A stretch of DNA of 64,000 nt from Candidatus Woesearchaeota archaeon (GCA_043817645.1 JBDRGP010000014.1:11879-75878); one strand, 5' to 3'; counted from the first letter of the stretch, positions 17,849 to 27,647 are shown. The notes: generated by a model from the sequence alone, not told the origin. Numbers and translations are program-made.

Positions 17849-18169
17849 TTACTCTACATCAACTGAAATTAACTTGATCTCACCACCTTTTAAAACCTTA
17901 GGAATAGCCTCGCACCCAGGACAAACAAATAAAGTAGAATCATGCCCTCTCTCTAAAATATTAGGCGCTCCCTTAAACCCACATTCACACTCAACAACAG
18001 CAGGTTTTTCAACTACATTTACATCCCAACCAACCAAAGACTTAATCAAAGGCTCAAATTCTTCAATAGGCAAATGAGCTAATTCTCCAACCTCAACAGT
18101 GATCCCTTTAACCTTCCCTTGTCTCCTAGCCTCTTCTATTATTTTCCTAGCAATAACCATCTCATGCAT
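17849..18169 (-). CDS. hypA: Hydrogenase nickel-insertion protein HypA
   Basis: MHEMVIARKII N-terminus (MHE nickel site) and CECG...CPGC zinc site. 106 aa. Confidence 0.8.
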   Translation of the reverse strand: MHEMVIARKIIEEARRQGKVKGITVEVGELAHLPIEEFEPLIKSLVGWDVNVVEKPAVVECECGFKGAPNILERGHDSTLFVCPGCEAIPKVLKGGEIKLISVDVE

Positions 18170-18254
18170 ATCTAAATAGCCTCTCTAAACATTTATATTG
18201 GTTTCCCCCACAAGATTTATATAGATTCAAAAAAGCATATATAAAAAAGAGAAA

Positions 18255-19454
18255 ATGAATCAAAGAACAGAAAAAGATAGTCTAGGAAAAAAGAAATTAC
18301 CTAAAGAGTCCTACTATGGAATCCACACACAAAGAGCTCTAGAAAATATTCAAATCAGCAACAGAACCCTAGATCCAGAATTATTCTATGCAATCGCTGA
18401 AATCAAAGAAGCATCCACAAAAACAAACCTACAATTAAACCTATTAAGAAAATCTGAAGCCCATGCAATCATAAAAGCTTGCCAGGAAATTCAAAAAGGA
18501 AAATTCGATTATGATTTTTTAGTAGATATCTTCCAAACAAGCACAGGAGCAGAAGCGCACATGAACGTAAATGAAGTAATAGCAAACAGAGCAATAGAAT
18601 TCCTACAGGGAAAAAAAGGAGATTACTCCTTAATAGACCCAATTGACCACATAAATCCAGAACAAGACGACACAGATGTTTTCTCAAATGCAATAAAAAT
18701 AGCCACAGTAAAAAAATTATATAGCCTAAACTATGAACTAACCAGCCTTCAAAGGTCTTTTCTCTTAAAAAGCAAACAATTCAAAAAATCAAAAAGAACT
18801 AATTTAAACCTGCCAGTAACAAACTTGGCAAAAGAATTTCACAATCATTCTACTACAATTAAAAAAGATCTGGAAAGACTAGATGGAACAATGTCCTCCT
18901 TGCTTCACTTAAACATAGGAAAAAACACTGGCTTAAACACATACCTAGATTTCAGAAAAAAAACAATATCAAACCTAAAAAAAATAAACAATGTTCCATG
19001 GAAACAAGCCCACAACCAAATAGAAACAACACAAACCACAACAGATTTCCTAGAAACAGCAGAAATCCTAAAAACAATATCAGCAAACCTAATCAGAATA
19101 ACAAACAATATCAACTTATTACAACCAAATCCAGAAATAGTAGGAATACTCAATATAGTATGTTCTCAGGTAATCGGCTACGAAGAAGCAATAGCAACAA
19201 GTGCTCAAATAAATCAATTAAACATAGCTCTTCCATTAATAGCCCACAACCTATTAGAAAGCACTGAAATCTTAACTAACAGCATCAATCTTTTTAATGA
19301 AAAATGCATAAAGACCCTAAAACCAACAAAAAACATCTACGAATACCATTTAAAAAATCAAAAAGACCAAGGAACGCTCTCAAATAGATACAGAAGATTT
19401 GAAAAAACAGATCTAGATAGAGTTCTTAAGTATAGGCAACTTACAAAAACCTAA
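18255..19454 (+). CDS. Class II fumarase/aspartase-family relic with an eroded active site
   Basis: N-terminal EKDSLGKKKLPKESYYGIHTQRALEN and MNVNEVIANRAIEFL are collinear with FumC/AspA. The signature SS-loop is missing and catalytic motifs are substituted. Confidence 0.6.
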   Translation: MNQRTEKDSLGKKKLPKESYYGIHTQRALENIQISNRTLDPELFYAIAEIKEASTKTNLQLNLLRKSEAHAIIKACQEIQKGKFDYDFLVDIFQTSTGAEAHMNVNEVIANRAIEFLQGKKGDYSLIDPIDHINPEQDDTDVFSNAIKIATVKKLYSLNYELTSLQRSFLLKSKQFKKSKRTNLNLPVTNLAKEFHNHSTTIKKDLERLDGTMSSLLHLNIGKNTGLNTYLDFRKKTISNLKKINNVPWKQAHNQIETTQTTTDFLETAEILKTISANLIRITNNINLLQPNPEIVGILNIVCSQVIGYEEAIATSAQINQLNIALPLIAHNLLESTEILTNSINLFNEKCIKTLKPTKNIYEYHLKNQKDQGTLSNRYRRFEKTDLDRVLKYRQLTKT

Positions 19455-20638
19455 GAAGATAACATAAACCTGTCTAAAGCACTTCCATCATCATCTCTAG
19501 CCAATTGTTTATACCCCTCTAATTTCTCACCATGAGAAGTACCAGTCTCATTACAATAAATAAGATCTGCTATTAATGGAGCAACACTTATTGAAGTAAG
19601 CCAAGCCTTATGTTCTTTCAAATATTCTTCACTACGTGCAATAGTATCTGTTACAATAACTTCCAAACCAGATTCTTCATGAGCGCTTCTAAAGAGATCC
19701 TCTGTAAAAATAACTTTACCATTAGTATTGATCTTAGGACTAAAAAGGCCATGCGTAGCACATACATATACTCTTCCTACTTTCCTTTGTCTTAGAACAT
19801 CCAAACCCCGAAAAATAGTGCCACCAGTATCAACCATATCATCTACCATAGCACAAGTCCTACCTTCAACATCCATACCAGCGATATATGCTTCCCCATC
19901 TGTTTCGCCATGCCCGGCCCTAGATTTCTCAATTATTGCCAAACCAACCCCCAACCTGTCTGAAAGTTTTTTCGTAGACTTGTAATCATTCGGATCAGCA
20001 CAAACCAAAATTAAATCCTCAAAAGAAACTCCCTTGCGTTTCAATGCTAGAAGAAGATGGTTTTTGGCTGTAATCTGATCCACTGGAAGATTAGTAAACC
20101 CTTGCTCTTGCTGCGCGTGTATATCTATCACCCCAATCCTACTTAATTTAGGACTACCAGCAGACTCAAGTTGATCAAACCTTAATTTCGCACTGATTGG
20201 AACTCTCGGCTCATCTTTTTTATCTTGCCTACAATCCGGAAAATAAGTCATATAAACTGAGATTTCCTGTGCTCCAGATCTCCTTGCAGCATCCAAAATC
20301 TTCAAAAATGCACTATAATCGGTTTCTACAGAGTGGAGATAGTCTCTCACAAGTTTAACACCAACAGAACCATCATCCAAACCTAAAACCTTTCTTCGTA
20401 AATGATAAAGGTCTGGTCTATAAACTCCCGCAATAACATGAATCCTTCTCCTTCTAACATTCTCAGGAAGCTGAACATATTCCTCACCACTAGGAAAATT
20501 TTTGGCTTTAACTGCCGCCATTTCAAACTGATTTCTTTCCACCTCGCTTAACTTCAAATTAAACTCTGGTATCACCCTTTCTCTTAACAACTCACCAGAT
20601 CTCGTAGAAATAATCACAATTTTTTCAACATCATCCAT
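19451..20638 (-). CDS. prs: Ribose-phosphate pyrophosphokinase (PRPP synthetase)-like, with insertions
   Basis: FPSGEEYVQLPENVR, YFPDCRQDKK..PISAKL, DIHAQQEQGF and MVDDMVDTGGTI are collinear with Prs motifs. Confidence 0.7.
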   Translation of the reverse strand: MDDVEKIVIISTRSGELLRERVIPEFNLKLSEVERNQFEMAAVKAKNFPSGEEYVQLPENVRRRRIHVIAGVYRPDLYHLRRKVLGLDDGSVGVKLVRDYLHSVETDYSAFLKILDAARRSGAQEISVYMTYFPDCRQDKKDEPRVPISAKLRFDQLESAGSPKLSRIGVIDIHAQQEQGFTNLPVDQITAKNHLLLALKRKGVSFEDLILVCADPNDYKSTKKLSDRLGVGLAIIEKSRAGHGETDGEAYIAGMDVEGRTCAMVDDMVDTGGTIFRGLDVLRQRKVGRVYVCATHGLFSPKINTNGKVIFTEDLFRSAHEESGLEVIVTDTIARSEEYLKEHKAWLTSISVAPLIADLIYCNETGTSHGEKLEGYKQLARDDDGSALDRFMLSS

Positions 20639-20750
20639 TTTCCAATATTAAAAATCAAAAGCAATTTTAAAAAGATTATTAACCTTAAAAATAAGAGATG
20701 CCTTGGCATACAACCAAAACTATATAAACAAAACAATAAGCCACATTAAT

Positions 20751-20903
20751 ATGAATAAATATTTAATAGTAGGCATGGGCCTTTTACTCTTCATACTAGG
20801 TCTTAATTTATATAGACAAAGAAAACTCAATAGAGAATATGCCAATATGTACTCTGAATTCTTAAAATCAGATAAATACAAGGTTAAGGGACAATTTGAT
20901 TAA
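20751..20903 (+). CDS. Small single-TM protein
   Basis: MNKYLIVGMGLLLFILGLNLY. TATA-like ctatataaac lies about 25 nt upstream of the ATG at 20751. Confidence 0.35.
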   Translation: MNKYLIVGMGLLLFILGLNLYRQRKLNREYANMYSEFLKSDKYKVKGQFD

Positions 20904-20977
20904 CCCACAAAGCTTAAAAACCCCAATTCTACCCTAAAATCTACCGTTTGTACTACTTTTCAAAGTAGGAGGAAATT

Positions 20978-21787
20978 ATGGATCAACAACAAATAACAGA
21001 AACATTACAACTGGCAAAGATTAATTCTAAAAAAAGGAATTTTAATCAAAGCATCGATCTAATCATAAATCTAAAAGGTATCAACCTAAAAAAACCAGAG
21101 GAAAACATAAACACCTTCATAGCCTTACCACATCCAAGAGGAAAAGAATCTAAAATAGCGGCATTAGTCGGAAATCAACTATCAACTAAAGCAAAATCGG
21201 TAACAGACACAATAATCCTACAAGATAATTTCAAAAACTACTTACAAAAACAAAAAGAATTCAAAAAATTAGCTAAACATATTGACTTCTTCATAGCCCA
21301 AGCAAACCTAATGCCAGATATTGCAAAATATTTCGGTAAAGTTCTAGGACCAATGGGAAAAATGCCAAACCCAAAAGCAGGAGCAATAGTGCCCCCAATA
21401 ACTCCTGATTTAAAACCAATCGTAGACAAACTAAAAAGAACAGTAAAATTACAAACAAAAAATGAACTAACAATCAAATGCTCAGTAGGCACTGAATCAA
21501 TGTCTGACAAGGAATTATCAGAAAATATCCTAACAGTCTACAACAACGTAGTCCATTCAGTAAGAGACGAAAAACAAAACATAAAAAATTCAATCATAAA
21601 ATTATCAATGGGCAAACCGTTCATAATAGGAAAAAAATACACAGAAGAAGAATTAAAACCTAAAGAAAAACCAGAGAAAAAACAGGTTAAAGAAAAACAA
21701 GTAGCAAAAGTTCCTAAAGAAAAACCAAAAAAGACAGAACCTAAAGAAACAAAAGAAACACAAATCCCTAAGGAAAAAACCAAATGA
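20978..21787 (+). CDS. rpl1: 50S ribosomal protein L1 (uL1) with a K/E/P-rich C-terminal extension
   Basis: FIALPHPRGK..., GKVLGPMGKMPNP. GGAGG Shine-Dalgarno at 20968-20972. Confidence 0.9.
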   Translation: MDQQQITETLQLAKINSKKRNFNQSIDLIINLKGINLKKPEENINTFIALPHPRGKESKIAALVGNQLSTKAKSVTDTIILQDNFKNYLQKQKEFKKLAKHIDFFIAQANLMPDIAKYFGKVLGPMGKMPNPKAGAIVPPITPDLKPIVDKLKRTVKLQTKNELTIKCSVGTESMSDKELSENILTVYNNVVHSVRDEKQNIKNSIIKLSMGKPFIIGKKYTEEELKPKEKPEKKQVKEKQVAKVPKEKPKKTEPKETKETQIPKEKTK

Positions 21788-22887
21788 CCGGCTACAAACC
21801 AAAAATAAGTGAAAGTAAAAGAAAGGATATAGAAGAGATTAAAAAACTCTCACAAGAGTACAAAGTCCTAGCAATAGCTAACCTAAAGAATCTGCCAGCC
21901 TTTAACCTGATGAAAATAAAATCCAAATTAAAAGGAAAACTTATCCTAAAATACACTAAAAAGAGATTAATGAAAATAGCGTTTGACGAACTAGAAGATA
22001 AAAAACTATCTACCCTAAAAGAAAGATTAGAAGGTATCCCAGCTTTAATATTCACAAACGAAGAACCTTTCAAACTGTTTCAATTACTAAAAAAATCTAA
22101 AACACCAGCACTAGCAAAACCAGGAGACATAGCTCCTAAAGATGTAATAATCGCAGAAGGTCCAACAGATTTCACTCCAGGACCAATGATAGGAGAACTG
22201 GGTTCTATGGGTATCAAAACAGCTGTAGAAGCAGGCAAGATCACAATAAAATCAGAAAAATTATTTGTACAAGAAGGTCAAGAGATAAACAATAAACAAG
22301 CAGAACTAATGGCAAAATTAGGCTTAGAACCTATGGAAATAGGAATGAACCTAGTTTTAACCTATGAAAATGGAGAAATCCTAGAAAGAAAAGTCCTAGA
22401 TATAGACACAGAAAAAATGTTCCAAGACCTTAAAACAGCAGCTGGAGAGGGTATAGCCTTAGCAATCTATCTTAGCTATCCGACAAAAGAAACAATAGGT
22501 ATCTTAATAAAGAAAGCTCAGCTAGAAGCGCTAGCCTTAGAAAAAGAATACGAAAGCAAAGTTCCGCAAAAACCAAAAGTAGAAGAAAAACTTACCGAAC
22601 CACAAGAAGCAAAACCTGTCGAACCATCACCAAAACCAGAAGAAACACCAACTCAAACAGAACAAACCGAAACAAAACAAGAAAAAGAAGAACCATTAGA
22701 AAAAGAAGTAGAACAAGCAATCGAAAAAGAGATCAAAGAAGAAAAACCAAAAGAAACAGTCAAACAAGAAAAAACAGAAGAAAAAAAAGAAACATACGAT
22801 CAAAGACAAGCAAATGAAGAAATGATGAAAAAAGCACAAGAAAAAATAAAAGAATTAACAACTAAGAAAATCAAAGGAGAGCTATAA
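21784..22887 (+). CDS. rplP0: Ribosomal stalk protein P0 (uL10) with a long low-complexity tail
   Basis: ATGA overlap with rpl1. GPTDFTPGPMIGELGSMGIKT and AELMAKLGLEPMEIG motifs. Confidence 0.85.
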   Translation: MTGYKPKISESKRKDIEEIKKLSQEYKVLAIANLKNLPAFNLMKIKSKLKGKLILKYTKKRLMKIAFDELEDKKLSTLKERLEGIPALIFTNEEPFKLFQLLKKSKTPALAKPGDIAPKDVIIAEGPTDFTPGPMIGELGSMGIKTAVEAGKITIKSEKLFVQEGQEINNKQAELMAKLGLEPMEIGMNLVLTYENGEILERKVLDIDTEKMFQDLKTAAGEGIALAIYLSYPTKETIGILIKKAQLEALALEKEYESKVPQKPKVEEKLTEPQEAKPVEPSPKPEETPTQTEQTETKQEKEEPLEKEVEQAIEKEIKEEKPKETVKQEKTEEKKETYDQRQANEEMMKKAQEKIKELTTKKIKGEL

Positions 22888-22914
22888 TACTCATAGTTAT
22901 GGAGGTTTAATAAT

Positions 22915-23205
22915 ATGGAACTCATATACACCGCTTTATTGCTACACAAAGCAGGAAAAACCATAGATGAAGCCAGCGTTAAAAAAGTACTCGACACTAT
23001 CGGAGTACAAAAAGACGAAGGCGAAATCAAAGGTCTTGTAGCAGCAATGGAAGGAGTGGATATTGACAAGGCTATCAAGGAAGCAGCTATTCCTACAGTA
23101 GCACCAGCAACGTCTGAAGCAACAACAAAGAAAGAAGAAAAAAAGGAAGAGCCTAAAGAAGATCCAGAAAAAGCAGCTGCCGGTCTTGGTGCGTTATTCG
23201 GTTAA
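22915..23205 (+). CDS. rpl12: Ribosomal stalk protein P1/L12 (aP1)
   Basis: MELIYTALLLHKAG N-terminus, acidic hinge, and conserved C-terminal GLGALFG. Confidence 0.9.
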   Translation: MELIYTALLLHKAGKTIDEASVKKVLDTIGVQKDEGEIKGLVAAMEGVDIDKAIKEAAIPTVAPATSEATTKKEEKKEEPKEDPEKAAAGLGALFG

Positions 23206-23230
23206 ACACTATATCCCATAAGCTCAAAAG

Positions 23231-24133
23231 ATGGATCATGAAAAGAAAGATCTAAAGACCTTGCAAAAGGAAGTTAATAGTCTACGCTCTGATCTAAAGA
23301 GAATTAACGAAGACAAGGAAACCTGGTTCGAGAAGAAAGAAGACCTCAAAAAAGAAATAGCCGAATTAATCACCAAAGTAAAAACTCAAAAGAAAACAAG
23401 CGACGCCTCATCAGAAGAAGCTAGGGAATTACTAAAAGAAAGAGACGAATACAACAAAAAAGTCAAAAAATTAATAGATAAAATAAACGAAGTACAAAAC
23501 GAAAAAAAGAAACTACTTGAAAAATACCAAATAAAACAGGATCCAGAAATTCTAAAGAAAAATATTGACCAGCTAGAAGAAAAAATAGAAACAGAAGCCT
23601 TATCCATAGACGCAGAAAAAAGGTTAATGGAAAAAATAAAGAGACTCAAAAAGTACTACGAGGAGCTTGGAGGCGTAAAACAAATTTCAGATAGGATCTC
23701 CCAAATTTCTAAAGAAATAGAAGAATCCAAAAAGAAAGCAGATGAGGCCCACAAAAAGTTCAAAAAAGTAATAAAAGAAAAAAAATCAGGCTATGGTGAA
23801 TTTTTCAGCTTGAGCAGACAAATCAACATAATCAAAAAACAACAAGAAAAAGCATTTGAAATGTTTATCTCTTTAAAAAATAATTTCATAAGCGTCAGCA
23901 GACAGTTACATGACAAAATCAACATCCTTAAAAAAACCGATCAAGAAAAAAGAACAAAACAAAGAAAAAAAGAAGAAAAAAAGAAAAGAACAGAAGAAAG
24001 AATTTTAGAAGAAAAAACAAAACAAGTCGAAGAAAAATTAAAAGCAGGAAAAAAATTAACCACTGAAGACCTATTGGCAATGCAAGGAAGAAAAGATGAA
24101 GATTTAGACTCAGAAGAGTTCAAAAAAAACTAA
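23231..24133 (+). CDS. Archaeal coiled-coil protein (COG1340-like)
   Basis: 300-aa continuous K/E-rich heptad sequence, positioned just downstream of the stalk operon as in many archaea. Confidence 0.5.
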   Translation: MDHEKKDLKTLQKEVNSLRSDLKRINEDKETWFEKKEDLKKEIAELITKVKTQKKTSDASSEEARELLKERDEYNKKVKKLIDKINEVQNEKKKLLEKYQIKQDPEILKKNIDQLEEKIETEALSIDAEKRLMEKIKRLKKYYEELGGVKQISDRISQISKEIEESKKKADEAHKKFKKVIKEKKSGYGEFFSLSRQINIIKKQQEKAFEMFISLKNNFISVSRQLHDKINILKKTDQEKRTKQRKKEEKKKRTEERILEEKTKQVEEKLKAGKKLTTEDLLAMQGRKDEDLDSEEFKKN

Positions 24134-24186
24134 TCCCTATGGTTATAAAGGACAAAACTCTCAATAAACCATATCGGAGGTAAAAA

Positions 24187-24342
24187 ATGGCATACAAATG
24201 CAGCAAATGCGGAAGTACTTCAGAAGAGGCAAAAGAATGCTGCGGAGTACCAATGGGAGAAGTGACAAAAGAAGCTGAAGAAACTAAAGAAGAGTCTACA
24301 GAAGAAGAAAGTGCAGAAGAACCTAAAGAAGAAACTAAATAG
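24187..24342 (+). CDS. 51-aa zinc-ribbon-like protein with an acidic tail (not in the ORF track)
   Basis: Own translation: MAYKCSKCGSTSEEAKECCGVPMGEVTKEAEETKEESTEEESAEEPKEETK. GGAGG lies 7 nt upstream of the ATG. Confidence 0.45.
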   Translation: MAYKCSKCGSTSEEAKECCGVPMGEVTKEAEETKEESTEEESAEEPKEETK

Positions 24343-24358
24343 ATGGAGTCTTTTCTGT

Positions 24359-25618
24359 CTATTTAAAATCTCCTAACTTTTTTTGATCAACCACTTTTTC
24401 TTCTTTATCTAACATTATCTTACCATATACCCCGTCAAATCCCGCTTCGATCTTAAGCTTATCTTCCCTATTATTTACAATAACTCTAGCTAATTTATCC
24501 TGAATAACTTTACACAAATCTTCATAACTAACATTCAACAAAACATTAAATTCACTCTTAAACTCCGTAACTAATTTTGTATAAGTTTCCCAGACTCTTT
24601 TTGATTGCAATTGTTTGATATCATACACAGCAGAGATTAACTCATGCAAGGGGATTAAAGAAACAAATGGAACTGCGTTATCTCTCTTAAACCCTTCAGG
24701 TCTATCAGCCAATAATTCAATTCTATCCGCCACCCCTATAGTTAACTTAGCACTACACTTAGGACAAATTTTATTTAAATCCTTGGATTCCTTAGGAGAA
24801 AAAGAAACACCACAATTTCTATGCCCTGTAAAATGATATTTTCCGTAACTAGTATACGTTTCCACAGTACTTTTCAAACCAACCCCTTCCCTAATAGCCC
24901 TAAGAAAACTATCAAAAGCTAATTTATCAAACTCAAAAATAGTTGCTTCTCTTCCAAGTCTCCAAGGCCAGGCGCTGTGGCTATCTGAAAAACTAACCAA
25001 ATTAAATTTATCTAAAACACTCAGTCTCCGATTATCTGCCGGATCTGAAGACATTCCAGTTTCCAAAGCATGAATATATTTTGTATTATTTTTAAAACAA
25101 TCTTCAACCTTAGAATGCTGATTATATTCTCCCATGACACTGAAATGACTTGTCCATACATGAGCAGGAATTATCTCAATCTTATCACTAATGTCTCTCA
25201 TAAAATCAACTAACTCAACACTATTAAACCCAAATATCGGCCTACCATCATAATCTAATCTACCCTTACTCCCTAAAAATTCTGTAATCTGCTTAGCAAC
25301 CTCTCCATTAGGAGCAAATATCAAATGATGAGCTCTCCTACCTTTCCCATCTTGAGTATAAATTAGACTAATCTCAGTCTGCCATAAAAAAGGAAATTTA
25401 CTTTTTGTCCATAAAATACCATTTTCATCCTCAGTCAACTCTTCCAGAATATGCTTCTGCCACAAAGGATGCTGAAAATCACCAGTACCTAAAAGATCCA
25501 AACCCTTCATTCTAGCATACTTCTCTAACAAGGGGATAGTTGTATGCTTACTACAAGCAGCAGCATGTTTTCCATGAACATGTAAGTCAGAGATAAATTC
25601 CATAAAACTATCCTTCAC
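24359..25618 (-). CDS. Endonuclease Q (PHP domain plus zinc finger)
   Basis: DLHVHGK...LLGTGDFQHPLW N-terminus, HHLIF, FSDSHS..RLGRE, the CPKCSAKL zinc finger and C-terminal GFDGVYGKI are collinear with EndoQ. Confidence 0.75.
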   Translation of the reverse strand: MKDSFMEFISDLHVHGKHAAACSKHTTIPLLEKYARMKGLDLLGTGDFQHPLWQKHILEELTEDENGILWTKSKFPFLWQTEISLIYTQDGKGRRAHHLIFAPNGEVAKQITEFLGSKGRLDYDGRPIFGFNSVELVDFMRDISDKIEIIPAHVWTSHFSVMGEYNQHSKVEDCFKNNTKYIHALETGMSSDPADNRRLSVLDKFNLVSFSDSHSAWPWRLGREATIFEFDKLAFDSFLRAIREGVGLKSTVETYTSYGKYHFTGHRNCGVSFSPKESKDLNKICPKCSAKLTIGVADRIELLADRPEGFKRDNAVPFVSLIPLHELISAVYDIKQLQSKRVWETYTKLVTEFKSEFNVLLNVSYEDLCKVIQDKLARVIVNNREDKLKIEAGFDGVYGKIMLDKEEKVVDQKKLGDFK

Positions 25619-25643
25619 ACAAGGAGTATATATTTATTTCTAA

Positions 25644-26588
25644 TCAAAATTCAGAGCTTTTTATAGTAATAGGAGTAGATATTGCTCCTCTGTAGAAATA
25701 ATCAACAAGAATATTAATTGCTTCTTCAACAGGAGTATCAGGCGCATTACCAGTACTTATACTGCATCTTATCTGTTTTTTACCATCATTACTTAATCTC
25801 ACTTCTCCTTCATTGCCACCCAGAGCACTGCACGTAATTGTATGCCTTCCACTTGCACTCCTTACCTCAACATCTAATCTGTCTTCATCACTATCTTTCC
25901 TAACACATTCATTAGTAAAAGTATTTGGCGGATAAACCTTGCCAGAACCAACATTCTCAACAATAAAAGTCAAAGTTACTTGACTAGTTCCAGAGCTTCT
26001 TGTTCTAACATCTCTTATTTGCACAGGCGCACCAGAATTTTCAACTTTAACATTATCATTATTTACCAAACAAAAATCACTTGCATCTCTTTGACTGGCT
26101 TTCTTTTTCAAACAAGCCTTGGTAGTAGATTTAGTCTGATAAAGATAACAAATATCAGCTCTTACTTTTGTACTAAAATCAGCAACCAGATCATATTTAG
26201 TCTCATACAAAGCACCTTCATAAATTATCTCATCCTCATCACCACTAAAAACCTCAGAATCACTCTTAGTTTTTCCATTTAACCCAACTTCTAAAACCTT
26301 ATTAGGTCCAGATAAACCCAAATCTCTTGTATCTAAACCACCAAGAGTAGCTATAACTTTTCTTTCAGGAATATCAAACTCACCAACATTTTCAACAAAA
26401 ATAGCTATATCAAATTCTTCATCATTAGCAAATACTTCATTAGGAGGCTCATCAGCAACAAATCCAAAATCTAATCCATTAGTACCGCCAACAAAAGGCC
26501 CTTTAGCAAGATCATCATCTCCAGTTGTACATCCATAAGCAAAAATCGTTAAAATCACTAAAAAACCCAATAAAAGCCTCTTATCCAC
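25644..26588 (-). CDS. Lipoprotein with two Ig-like (CARDB-like) domains, paralog of 26652..27647
   Basis: Signal peptide with FAYGC lipobox-like cysteine. FVENVGE and VENVGSG motifs, paired cysteines. Confidence 0.55.
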   Translation of the reverse strand: MDKRLLLGFLVILTIFAYGCTTGDDDLAKGPFVGGTNGLDFGFVADEPPNEVFANDEEFDIAIFVENVGEFDIPERKVIATLGGLDTRDLGLSGPNKVLEVGLNGKTKSDSEVFSGDEDEIIYEGALYETKYDLVADFSTKVRADICYLYQTKSTTKACLKKKASQRDASDFCLVNNDNVKVENSGAPVQIRDVRTRSSGTSQVTLTFIVENVGSGKVYPPNTFTNECVRKDSDEDRLDVEVRSASGRHTITCSALGGNEGEVRLSNDGKKQIRCSISTGNAPDTPVEEAINILVDYFYRGAISTPITIKSSEF

Positions 26589-26651
26589 AATAACAACCTC
26601 CTTTTATAAAATTTATACACTCTTGTCCTATATAAATTTAATGGATTAATT

Positions 26652-27647
26652 TTACCCTCCTAAATCCTCTATTTTCACTAAAGAAACAGGCCCTACTTTA
26701 GCCCTTAACTTATATCCGAAACTATACCTTATTTTTAGAGGATAAGTAACAAGGGATTCTCTTGCACCAACATTCTCAACAAAACAGTTCAACACAGCCA
26801 TATTGTTATCAAAAACAAGTGGCTCTGGAGAACAATCCACAGATCCTCCTTCACTTTGCAACTCAACTTTTACACCACCAATAGCCTCACCAAGTCTTTC
26901 ATCAACTTCCCCACTACCTCTGGTATCAACAGGCACAATCATTCCTTCACCCAAATTCCTGAAAGTTACTTTCAAATTCACAAAATATTTATTATCCCCA
27001 AAGTGAGTAGCTGTTTTTTCAATTTTTTCTATTGTAACCGGAAGATAACTCGCTTGTTTTCCTAATTGATTCTGTGAAACAACTTGTCTATTAGAGCAAG
27101 CAGGATCAGGATCTTCCTCTCTTTTTAAACAAATATTTGTAGCAATCTCAGCATCATATTGGTGGATATACAACTCAGCAAAAACATTCAACTTTGTTCC
27201 AGAAATAATACTCTCAGAATCATAATCCGCAGACACAGGCCTAGTAAAAGTTTTTGAAGGAAATATCTCAATTATTTCATTACCAAGTTCATTCCTCCTA
27301 AAGTTAGCCGCCTCAATCATCTCAATGCCATAATTATCATCTTTTCCTGCATGCTTATCAAGAGGACTATTTGGAATATTATCCCACAAGTTCAAATCAA
27401 AATTTCCCCCTCTAATCTCATCACCATAATTTTCAATTCCGACCCTAATCAAAAATTTAGAACCTCCGCCAATCAAAATTTTATCTCTAGGAGGAGCATT
27501 CTCATCAAAGAATAATCTCACACCCCTACCTACAGAAGGTTTTTCCTCTTTCTTGAGAAAACTAGGAAGATAAGGACTAACACTATCACACGCACTAATT
27601 AAAAACATCAAAATTAAACAAACAGCAATTAAAGTAATTTTTTTCAT
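26652..27647 (-). CDS. Lipoprotein with two Ig-like (CARDB-like) domains
   Basis: Signal peptide ending ISAC. IENYGDE, FRNLGEG and VENVGAR motifs, with the same domain order as the 314-aa neighbour. Confidence 0.55.
   Translation of the reverse strand: MKKITLIAVCLILMFLISACDSVSPYLPSFLKKEEKPSVGRGVRLFFDENAPPRDKILIGGGSKFLIRVGIENYGDEIRGGNFDLNLWDNIPNSPLDKHAGKDDNYGIEMIEAANFRRNELGNEIIEIFPSKTFTRPVSADYDSESIISGTKLNVFAELYIHQYDAEIATNICLKREEDPDPACSNRQVVSQNQLGKQASYLPVTIEKIEKTATHFGDNKYFVNLKVTFRNLGEGMIVPVDTRGSGEVDERLGEAIGGVKVELQSEGGSVDCSPEPLVFDNNMAVLNCFVENVGARESLVTYPLKIRYSFGYKLRAKVGPVSLVKIEDLGG

Noticed and set aside
18255-19454. Annotating the ORF as a functional fumarate hydratase or aspartate ammonia-lyase
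   Set aside because: The signature SS-loop is absent, and the catalytic His, Ser and Lys contexts are substituted.
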